Origin: Botryllus schlosseri
Taxonomy: Eukaryota
Length of the DNA stretch: 64,000 nucleotides
Direction: 5' to 3'
Assembly (NCBI GenBank): GCA_051294905.1
Contig: CM119372.1
Coordinates: forward strand, 38,008,001 to 38,072,000
Below are positions 53,161 to 64,000 of the stretch, in pieces; position 1 is the first letter of the stretch, and every line of letters starts with the position of its first letter. The position numbers were made by a program, and so were the translations under genes. Under the pieces are notes generated by a model. The model did not search any database. It saw only the letters and a list, made by a program, of their open reading frames with translations, and was not told the origin of the DNA.

Positions 53161-55273
53161 ATTTCCACTAATGTGCGTGGCATTGTACTACATGTATTGT
53201 ATGTTGTAATATGACGACTCGAAAGTTCGCAGTCTTCCACAATGGTCATAAATGCTATCGAAGCTTTAATTAGTAGTGGTATGTTAATTCATAGCGGCAA
53301 TGATCATATAATTTTTTCCACTTCTCGCCTCGAATCATTAGAATTAATCTTGGTTCAGACCAAAGCACTCGACACATTGTGTCCAGTCACGGGGTTCCTT
53401 TATTTTCTACAATGCTCATGAAAAAGGAAGCTAATGAAACAAGTTGATGAAAAGCTTGCTTGATTTTTTCATTAGCTTGTTTCATTAACCTCATTAGCTT
53501 ATCAGTAGCTTGCTTGATTAGCTTCATTAGCTATTCATTAGCTAGTTTCATTAGCTTCCTTTTTTCATTAGCTTCATTGTACAAAATAAAGGCACCCCAA
53601 TAAACGTGTCTCCTTATGCGTATAGAAGTGCGGTTTCCGCATTGTGATTATTACGGCAAAAGTGTATTTTCTTATCCAAACAAGAATTGTTCCGCATGAC
53701 CATCGTCAATCAATACTCCCTATCAACATGTCAAAAGTTATGTTGTTTCACATTATAATCAACTATGTTCACCACAGAACTCAAAATTTGGCAAATCGTT
53801 GATATCGTTGAAGATCACAAGTATACAAGTCTAGTGTTGTGAATGCCACTATGACGTCCTTCGCCCCAACCCGAAATGAAGCAATTATAAATACGTGGAT
53901 CTGGGATGCGCATATATCAAGTTACATGGAGAGCCCAGTTGATGATCACATGAAATAGGTCTACCGTAAATTAGGACATATTCATGGGAAATATTGATAA
54001 GTGATCATCATAGGAACACTTAACTAGACACATTGTTTAATGTTTACCCACTCCAAATCATTTAATATCATATTTGTGCCAACAGAAGGAGTTTGTGAAT
54101 CATATAAAAATAGTAAATTGAGCCTAAAGCAGGGGTGTCAAACATGCGGCCCGCGAGTCTCATCCGACCCGTGAAGCGATTCTGAGTAGACTGAAAAATA
54201 CTTGTATTATATTATGGTAAATTTTTAACAAAATATGTCCTATGAATATTACCTCAAAATAGCTAATGTTTAGAATGTTCATATGTCATTGTCATATTAT
54301 AACCAACTGACAGCAGTGTTGTGATTTCATTCCAGTCACCATTACAACAAGTCGCTGACATTGACACAAAATTCCGATAAGGCAGAGTATTCAGAGTTCT
54401 CTGGAAAAAGGGATCACGAAGTAGCTGTTTGCAGAAGCGAAAACGCCAATGTGAAACCGTTATATGCGGGTTGCATAAAAAATTTAATAGTTACATAAAA
54501 ATAAAATAAAGTTAAAATATGTGGTTGCACTGCTTAATCAGGTTAAGAGGGCGGCCTCCAGAGATAACAAAAAAACGAACCAAATTCCAACGTCCTCTCG
54601 TTGCCAGTTAAATACTTTGTATTACAGACAACGCATAACCAGGACCGACGCCATATTGCTATTAAAACAAATCGAGCATAAAAATATGCCAACTTTGATC
54701 GTAGTTGGTCGTCATTGGTGCAGCGTTTTACAACTGTATTCAACTGGCCAGTCCCTTTATATTTGCCACTTCCGTTGTTTGCGAATAAAGGTGTTGCTAG
54801 AACCCTTTTAATCGGTAGGCTAATATAATCTAGTACGTACAAGTTTTATGCAGGCCTATATAGGCTTGATAATAAAGTACTCAAGGCAAAACAAGTAGTC
54901 TACATGGATTTTGCGGTGACAATTTCGAATCATTTAATTGGTCTGGCCAGCGAGCGACCTCAAGGCGGACCGTATCTGTTTGCCTCGATTATTCAAACTT
55001 TAATACCGTTGACATCAAATTTGTTGATACGAACGCTGAAATAGGCTGCAATGTTACTTTTAATTTCCTTATCCCTAATGAGTGTCAGCAGAAACTATTC
55101 GGGTTTATTTCAATATGAATATATTATTCAGTCATATATTAAATTTAAATTGATTGAAATTTGTTGATGATGCCATATACTTTATTTCGAACACATCTTC
55201 AAATCATTAATCAGAACAGAGTATTTACCCATTTTGACGTATATCGAACTGAATTGTCAACAGAGAGACTTAC

Positions 55274-55364
55274 TTCGTGTCAAAAGCTCCTCATCCTCCA
55301 CAAAGTCTTCCTCAACATCAGAACATAGATCGGCGTCCCCAGCCTGTGGGTAATGGAACTCCAT
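55274..55364 (-). CDS. Gene D first coding exon
   Basis: ATG at 55364; MEFHYPQAGDADLCSDVEEDFVEDEELLTR; donor GTAAGT. Confidence 0.8.
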
Positions 55365-56517
55365 GATCATATACAGCCTAATTCCTTTTCGTTTTTTTCA
55401 AAATCCAGACGATAAGCCAAAACGAATTTTGACACTGCGTTTCTTCTGCACACATGTGACAAATCCTAGATTTCTAAAATGAATATCACAAGATTTACGA
55501 AGATATCGCTGGTGAGGAAAAAAAACAGTATGGTGTAAAATGGCCATCAATGTCAAGACATTATATGGCAATTAAGCACAAGACAAAGTTCTGCTTTTAA
55601 GAGAATAAAACCGACAGAGTAGCTTTCACTCATGACCTCTTCTTCCAAATGGTTTCTGCATGCATAGATTAGAGGCATACAAAATATCATAATGCTTCTG
55701 TCTAACAGAGAAAATGCAAAATGCTGTCAGTGACTTAACAACTGTTCAAGGTAGAATCAATTGCATTCGAAACGAAGCAAATTGAAATGATCTTAAGGTT
55801 CCGTTTAGTCATGGTTCCCAAATTTTGGAATCGGAAAAGAAGGAAACTTTTTCCAAATCATAAAAGTAAGTCGATTTTTCTGAGTAACGAATAGATGCAA
55901 AAACGAAAATTTCAATAGTTTCTTTCCGCAATTGAAGTCTCAAAACATCAGTTAGACATATGTCATTGTCGAAAAACATTTTGCACGAGGCCACAAATAT
56001 TCATGGAACGACAATTCTATCAAGTGACGATCGACCCACGCATTCACCATGAAAGCGCTACATAAGGGTCACGCTCCAGAAACACAGAATTACCTTTTAT
56101 CGCATATAACTGGCATCAGTTTCCTTGTAGCCACAAAGGATACATACATATCCCAACTTACCAAGACATAATTACTGGTATCATGTTACATCATAATCAA
56201 GTGTGGTCAAAGCACAAGCAGATGTAGAAATCTCCCAAGTAAAAAAGCAAGTGTTCTCGGCCTAGTTTTGCATAAAAGCTCAAAACTTTTAAGTAGAAGT
56301 AGAAATTGTCAAAAACCAGCACAGGTAGGCAAAAACTTCTCGAGTGTTCCGAAAAAGTGTTTGTTACTGACCACCTCAGGTCATAATAGGTCGAATACAT
56401 AGAATCAAATCACTCATATATTCATTTCGCCGAGTCCTATGCATGGACAAATAAAAATAGTCACCAGGCAGCGTCATTTGCGAGTGAGATTAATGAGTGA
56501 CATGGAAGTCATGCATT

Positions 56518-58229
56518 CTAAAACTGGTCAAAGGTTTCGTCTACGTGGTAACGCTTAAAGCATTCTCGCGCCTTGTTCACACATAGAGCCACGTTACACG
56601 CACTGCAAACATGAAACGACCGGTATATCACGAGAGTAACGCCTTGGGTTTTCGCGGCAGCTTTTGCCCGCGCCATGCAATATCGACACCAAAGCCTGCG
56701 CCCTTCCGAAATGGTCGTAGGCAAATGCCACTTTCCCTTATCCCGACGTAGCAGGTCAGAGCTGACACGAGGCTGGGAATTGTGGACTTGCCTGGACTTG
56801 CGTTCGCCAACAAGAGCAGTGACCAAACTTTCTCGAAACAGGATACCGTCGCGTACCTTGTCAGGTTGTAAACTCTCCCACAAGACCCGCGAATTGTGCA
56901 CGCACACCTCCAAAAGGTACCCAAATGCTTTACGGTACCACTCCCTACATCTCCTGTTGAGATTAAAGTACTTGCAGAACTGACTATTGCCTTCGATGGC
57001 ACACATGTAACGTTGGTAGTCTTTCACGAGAGAAGGGCACGCCACTTCTATGTACCCTTGACGCCTCCAACATATTTTTACTGTGCAATACGTGCTTTGT
57101 ACGTCACCTTCTTGATCAGGTAAATGTATGGTAGACATGAAATACACAGGCTTTTTGTCAAACCACGAGTAACACACAATGTTTTCGGACATACGCCAAT
57201 CGAAATAACCTCGGCTGCAAGATTTTTCTGCAGTAGTTTCGATCACCAAGTCTTGCGGGAAGCCGGTAATGTTCTGCATCACAGTACCGCACGCGTAACT
57301 GCCATTATTGTATAGTTCCTGTAAAAGTTCCGGGCTCGTGTAGAAGCTATCTATGTAAAGATGTCGGCCCTCGTTCAAAAAAGGCTTCATCAAACCCATC
57401 ACCACACCCCTGGCGATTTCGGACTTGTGGCTCACGTAGGTCTGCGGATCGCGCCCCGCATAAAATTGAAAATTACACACGTATGATGTTTCCGACTCTA
57501 CCAAAGTCCAGATTTTCAAGCCGGTCTTAATCGACTGCCTATACGACGAAGGGTGGCCACGAATCGTGATTCGACCGCTAATCGGTATCATGGCCGCGTC
57601 GATGGCTACGTCCCTGCCACTCGCGTACTTATTGATGCAGTTTCTGCGAATAATCTCGGAAAAATTCCTGAATTTTTCTAACCCATTTAGCGGCACAGTC
57701 TGATGCGTCCGATCGGGTTGAGACCCTACATTCTCGTTTTCGGTAGAATTCACTTCATCAGGATCAGTGAGAGAGAGGTTCTGATAGATCATCTCAAACC
57801 TACGCATGCTCATGACCTCGCCAAATCCTACAGTTCTGATTATGCGACACGCTTGCCGCCAGTACATGTGTATTTTCGGCAATTTCACCATGCCCATGGC
57901 GATTAGCAGACCGACAAACGCCTTCATTTCGGGCAAGGTGATCTCGGCAAACGGGGCTTTGTGTGATTGTGCGTTTGTGTCTCTTTTTTTACCACGTCCT
58001 TTCTCTTTTTGTCGATAATTTTTGTTTGTCATGTCCACTATCATTTGCAAAGCGTCCTCGGAAAATAGCGAGAGGAAGCACTTCAAAGGGGAAGGCTGCT
58101 CGAGCAGTTTTTTACACTTCACGTGCGGCTTAGTGCTGTGAACTATATGTTCGCGGCTTGTCGGGGCACTTTTTCCCCATTTATATTCATCACATCGCCT
58201 TTTTTTCTTCCGGGGTGGTTCGTCTGTTT
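56518..58229 (-). CDS. Gene E exon 3: piggyBac-derived protein (D-D-E)
   Basis: Acceptor tttttcAG| at 58231-58230, in frame with ORF 56518-58122; ETDEPPRKKKRR; VAIDAAM, YIDSFYTS, YQRYMCAIEGNSQ. Spliced CDS 2013 nt (670 aa). Confidence 0.9.
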
Positions 58230-60394
58230 CTGAAAAATCAATTGATTCAATTCAGATAACTTCAGTCGCACTATATTTTCTAGAAGTGGTTGACAAAATT
58301 TTTTTGAGTGCATATGCCGTCCTATCAAGCTTGGCATATATTTGTTGAACCCCTAAAATCAAGATGTTGTCAGCGACAAAGAATTTTTATTTTCCGTACA
58401 GTACGCAAGCAGGCTTTGTCTACTGTTTTATTTGCTCAGGAGTTTTGATTGCATGCTAATTTTACTTTGACAACTGTTTACTGCAAAATCACCAATCAAT
58501 ATAATCAATATTGTCAAGTGTAGTAGTTGTTTGATGCACTTCAACAGCACATTGCTACGAAGTAGCTGGGATGAGTCTAGCTTCGAGCCTCTTTTCTATC
58601 GGCATCCATCAAATATTGAATTAGAAAGACTCCAAACAGTTGACCCTCCTTCCGCGGCGAGCTCATGAATGAGCCCGGCTCAGTTTTAGACGAACGCACT
58701 TCCCTTAATCCAAAATATCTTGCGTTCTAGTGGTCATCGACTGTTACAGTTATTTTGTATGGATAACTTTATCAATATCCACACAGTGATATGTATATGA
58801 ACTACCAGTACCATTTCATCGTATACCCTGTTCAAAATGAAGAATGAATACAGAAAAACGGTTCCCCAGTAAAATCAATTTGCCTGCGACGTTCACCTGA
58901 ATGGACGCATATCACATAAGCCAGAGTATTTTCCGTTCTACAAGTAATTAGCAGTTACAGTTGTCTTTTTCGAATAGTTTTTGATCATAGAGTCTAGTGA
59001 AACCATTATTTTGAAAGTTAATCGTGGAGAAGATGTCTCAAAGTGATGTGAAGTATGTACGGAGAGCGTCAAATAAAGTCATATATATTCACCTATGATT
59101 GCCTTAAGCAGTTGAAAATTACACATATAGTTAGATGGGGTCCATACCACTTCAACAAGATCATTATCATGGAGTTTGATCTTGTATAAGTTACCCAGGC
59201 GTCAGTGCTAACACTGCACAAATGGGTGGTGAGCTACCCCAAGTATTGTACCCGCGCTTGTAATAACAACATCATACAGACAGTTGTATCATTAATTTTA
59301 GTTGTCAAACGCAGTTACTATTGACTTCAATGAATAGCTGTATCACTTATATGAAATATTGGTCGTGTGGAAGATGTTTCAAATTGATATGAAATGAATC
59401 GATACTCGCGTGTGTGTCAGTGGTATCAAATAAGGCAATATAGATATATATTACGATGGCCTTATGCAGGTGGAAATGACACATATTATGATTAGTTGTG
59501 TATGATCAATAGGATCCATAAGACGTATATATAACATTGGGTTTGGCCTTGTATAAGATAATCAACGTCTGCAGGCAATACCAATTAGACGCAAATTACA
59601 AGGAGCATAGCCTCGCGTGCTGCCTTTAACATGATGATGTAATCTGCTCAGCCAGCCGTGAGTCACACCTATCATAACATCCTTCCAATGTTGGTGTGGT
59701 CGACTGAGTAAAGCTATCACACCCAGTGAAGACTTGTTTGAAAGCCGAAATACATGTGTGAGACAACCATGTGGTCTTTTACCAAGAGAAGGATTGTGTA
59801 AGATATGAGGAGACAACGAAAATCAAATTTCTCTTTTATTTTCAAGAAATCGCATAGAATTCTTCGAATAACACCACACCATCGACTCTCTCATGTGAGC
59901 TTTCCGAGTCGCTCAGTTGGTTAGGCTGCTGTTTTCTGGTCACTGTGATATATCTTGCGTGGGCTACGTGGTTCACATTTATGAATTTTTAGGTTGACAC
60001 ATTGAAATTTGGACTGCACGAGGTTTAATAAAATAAAACTGACTGAAAGTTACCGGTACAACATTTTGACCCCCAAATCGCCCCCTTTCTTAGTTTTTTC
60101 GCCCTCTTTACTCTCAGAAGTGTCCCTCCCTCTTTGTTGGCTATGTCGCCCACTTTGACAACCACTGTTTGGAATACATATAAATCTTAAATGTTTACAG
60201 GGGTTTCTAAACTGGTGGGCCAGAGAGCATTTTCCAGCTTGGGCCCCACATACTAGGCCATTTAGAAGTTTGCGATACCGTTCATCAAACTTTAATCCTG
60301 TGTACGATATTTCAATTCAAGAATGTGGCTGGCCAAATACCATACTTTAAAACGAAAGCAATAAATGGCAGCTGACGTGCAAACATTTTAAATA

Positions 60395-61687
60395 CCCGTA
60401 AACCGGGGTAACTTTGGACAATTTTCAACAATTTCGCTGTATATATATCTTGGAAATGCTAGAGTGTAGGGGAGACAAGTTTTGTGTGTTTCCAGGGGTT
60501 ATGGAGCAAAGATTAGAATTAACTAATCCAAAATCGTCATGGTCATAAATAAGTACCTTATTTTTGTAAATTGTCCGTGTCCAAAGTTACCCCGGCATGT
60601 GGGGTAACTTAGGACAATGTAGTTTTTTGGTTTGTCTTTACACTCTATTGTTTATGAAACCTCGTAAATGAGGAGAGAGTTGATAAAAGCAGTGGCTGAA
60701 ACTGAAACAAAATGGTATATGTCTGGCCTATTGCATGATTTTTATCTAATCCCCCCCCCCCCGCCCAAATAAAATAAAATAAAACATTATATATGTAGTT
60801 GATGAAGGCTAATGCCCCCTTATTCATCCCTTATCTCAACTCCCCTCATGTCTTCCCCAATTGGGACTTATAATAAACAACATATGGTGATAAGGGGGTA
60901 TCCCACTGACGGTGTCAGCAATCGACAGCAAACATTAAGGGTCGCCTGTTACCGTGATTTATTGCTGATTTCAAATATTTTACTGTTCTTTAAAAGATGC
61001 ACATTCCCTTTCCTATGTCCTCTGATGGATATATTTTGTTGTATTTACGGTATGCCATATTCAGCAGGCGTATCTTCAAGAGCATATGATAAGTTTTCAA
61101 AGTAGTTAAAACCCGATTACGATCTCTCGGCTTATTGCCTACCCATTTTTTCATATTTTGGCAAACTCTTAATTTATTAATCTTCTCATTCCATTTTAAA
61201 AAGCCATCAGGCAGGTCATAACGAATACAGTTGACGATACACTTTGACAGAGATGGAGCAGCCCCCCAGAGCTCTAAATATCAAATTTTCCACTGTCTAA
61301 AGTTACCCCGTTCCGATGACATTTGAGGGGGTAACTTTGGACATCACATCTTCTTATATTGATCTACGGGTGAGCCCACTAAGATTTCTGCCGCGGATTA
61401 AGACTACTTAGAGGTATCTGCTGCCAAGTATTAAATCTATGACTCACATGCAGTCAATGTTTGGTTGTAAGAATTTTAATAACCATCAATCTTAATGAAA
61501 TTGACCCACGCCATTAATTCATCAATGTTGGGTCAAACAAGTTTATCTGGTAGTGAAACGAATCCACCTTTTATTGAGACAACTTGTGGTACTGTTGCCT
61601 CACGAAAAAGAATTGGACATCCAGCGGCAACCTTTTTCCATCAATAACCATTTAAATCCAAAGTCCAAAGTTACCCTGGTTTACGGG
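60395..61687. mobile_element. pogo/Tc1-like non-autonomous element
   Basis: TA|CCCGTAAACCGGGGTAACTTTGGAC...GTCCAAAGTTACCCTGGTTTACGGG|TA; internal copies of GGGGTAACTTTGGACA. Confidence 0.8.
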
Positions 61688-62308
61688 TACGCTATATACA
61701 CCACGCGATTTAGACGCTGGTGATATCTGAAAAGTAAAGAATTTTGTTTATTTCATAATTTTACAGCTGCTAAATACCATGGTGATAGATTCATTCGATT
61801 CCAAGATTTGCTGATAAGCAACAGTGTCGTAATTGATTCCAGAATCTTACTGACCAATTAGGCTACTTCCTTCATAGGGTTACCATACGTCCTTCCTTTT
61901 CAGGAGGAAATCGAAAATGTTCTCCAAGGACGCCTAAATGTCATCATTTTATGCAAATCGTCCTCCTTTACAGCTTTGACAGCTAGGCTAATGGACAGGG
62001 TCAAGTGAAAATCGCCAGGAATGACGCGAAATACGTAATGCGGACGTTCCAGCGGGTCATTCGGGTGTCAAATCAGAGTGATGTTCTTACTTTTTTCTTG
62101 TCAACACAGCAAGATTTTCAGTAAATATTGCAAAATCAGCTGTTTTCAATTTCTGTAAACTATATAACTTTTATGCTTTGATAGTTAAGTTTCCTCCTTT
62201 GCCGATTCCAAAATATGGTAAACCTATTCAGTTAGCAACATTGATACGGTTTGCGACTGGCGCCCACCCATAATACCGCATAAAGTTACTAAAAAAATAT
62301 TCATAAAC

Positions 62309-62518
62309 CTGGAGAGAAATCATTGCCAGAGTCACTATCCCTATTTTCCCAATGTGTCTTTTCCTCCAATTGTGAGTCCGCGTCCACATCACATTGTCTC
62401 TCTGCCTCATGATGGAATTGTACTAGCGTTTCCCCATAGCATTGTGGCTGTGTCTCATCATCAAATTCATCACATGTGCTGAATGGGGGCAATTCAGCTG
62501 GCATTAATCTCAGCTGTC
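62309..62518 (-). CDS. Gene E exon 2 (acidic, most divergent), phase 1-1
   Basis: ctatttcAG| ... CCAG|GTttat; 210 nt; QLRLMPAELPPFSTCDEFDDETQ...DSDSGNDFSP. Confidence 0.7.
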
Positions 62519-63663
62519 CTGAAATAGGAATAAGACGTTACTTGGCACTGGCATATGCACCAGCTAGTAGCCGCATTGCTACAGGAGAAGAAAGTTTCTA
62601 TTTATTATATAAAAATAAATAGCAAAAAATTTGAAAATTTTCTGTTCACCCCATGAAAGTGTTAGGTTGTGTATAGAAACGATGTTCACCAAATTTGGTT
62701 CAATTCCAACCAGTGGAAGCGGAGTTATGACCGTCGAAAAATTTGGATTATGAATAAAATCGTATTTACGGTGACCAATTCTTTAATTATTTATTCTAGT
62801 GGTGCCCACCATAAATACTATTTTATTTAAATCCAAATTTTTCGACGGCAATAACTCCGCTTCCACTGGTTGGAATTGAACCAAATTTGGTGAACATCGT
62901 TTCTATACACAACCTAATACTTTCATGGGGTGAACAGAAAATTTTTTGCTATTAATTTTTATGTAATAAATAAAAACTTCCTTCTCCTGTAGCAATGCGG
63001 CTACTGGTCGGAATTGAACCAAATTTGGTGTATAGGCTTAAATTAGGTAACCTAACGATTTTATCAGGTAGCCAGTACGATTTGAGAAAAAAAAAGTCAT
63101 TTTTGAAGAGCCCTAGTGTACCGTATATAATCAAGAAGACGAGATAAGAGGCAAGTTTTCGTTAGTTACTTATGGAGAGGACGTATGATAACCCTAAAAT
63201 TAGTGATACCATGACATCATGAATTTAAATTGTGACGTACCGTTACAGTTGATTGACACGTATGGCACTTTGGGACTTGAAATGGATAAAATAGGCCGCT
63301 TATGGCTCTTCGGGGGAAAAGGTTCTCAAACCATGCTGTACTCAGTGATTCGGAATGGGACTTGACTCGATGGTGAATTGAAAATGACTAGACTTGAATC
63401 GAGTAAAAACAATATAAGTAAGATTGACTTGTGACTCGGAACTTGTGACTTGGTTACAACCCTGATTGTAACTAAGAAATAACCGGAGATGTGCCATTAA
63501 TTTTAAAAGCAATCGAAGAAAAAAGTTGCTAATATTTATTGTTGACGCGATATGTTGTTTGGAACGCATCTTCAAATCATGCACACGACATAATGTATAA
63601 CATTATGCTGTTAACCCATTTTGATGTAATCAGACTGAATGTTAAGTCAGCAACGAGACTTAC

Positions 63664-63754
63664 TTCGTGTCAACAGCTGTTCACCCTCCAAAAAGTCTTC
63701 CTCAACACCCGAACCGAGATCGGCGTCTGCAGCCTCTGGGTAATAAAACTCCAT
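63664..63754 (-). CDS. Gene E first coding exon
   Basis: ATG at 63754; MEFYYPEAADADLGSGVEEDFLEGEQLLTR; donor GTAAGT. Confidence 0.78.
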
Positions 63755-64000
63755 ACTCTTACTGGCGGGCAGTTACAGTATTAGTATTCCAACAGATGCT
63801 TACTGACCTATCGTTGCAGTTGTTCTACTCATAGAATAATAATCTGCATAGAATAATTAGGTAATTAAACAGAAAGTTCTGCGTGACGTTGCCACCAATT
63901 CCACTCTGTGCAATCATAATAAATAGGCCTACCGTACAAGAAATTATGACTGAAGAAAAAGATGAAATGATAACAGGCCCTACTGGAATTTCGGTACGTT

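Noticed and set aside
60395..61687. CCC..GGG-ended element as a piggyBac MITE substrate for the cluster
   Set aside because: The flanks are TA, not TTAA, which points to Tc1/mariner-pogo.

Overview
AT-rich, intron-containing eukaryotic DNA, probably from an invertebrate animal; the host cannot be identified from sequence alone. The main content is a cluster of five domesticated piggyBac-transposase (PGBD-like) genes. Gene A (+ strand, exons 4303-4422, 5769-5867, 7256-7375, 8414-10146; first exon not found) keeps an intact D-D-D triad. Four tandem minus-strand paralogs face it tail-to-tail: B 36167-25376, C 47064-39370, D 55364-48628 and E 63754-56518. Each has three coding exons: a 91-nt ATG exon, an acidic exon, and a ~1.7-kb exon with NLS, transposase core and Cys-rich domain. 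All four have open frames and all zinc ligands, but share a rewired catalytic core: third Asp to Glu, D450-equivalent to N/S, and loss of the R372/K375-equivalent basic residues. No piggyBac TIR/TTAA ends flank any copy. This one-intact-plus-several-altered arrangement resembles ciliate PiggyMac/PgmL, which is an inference. Introns and spacers are packed with nested TEs: many hAT MITEs with 8-bp TSDs, a 7.7-kb foldback element with 176-bp tandem arrays in its arms inserted in the LTR of a deleted Gypsy element, an L2-like LINE end, a hAT transposase remnant, TA-flanked pogo-like elements and tRNA-derived SINEs. Gene models were read by eye and need transcript confirmation.
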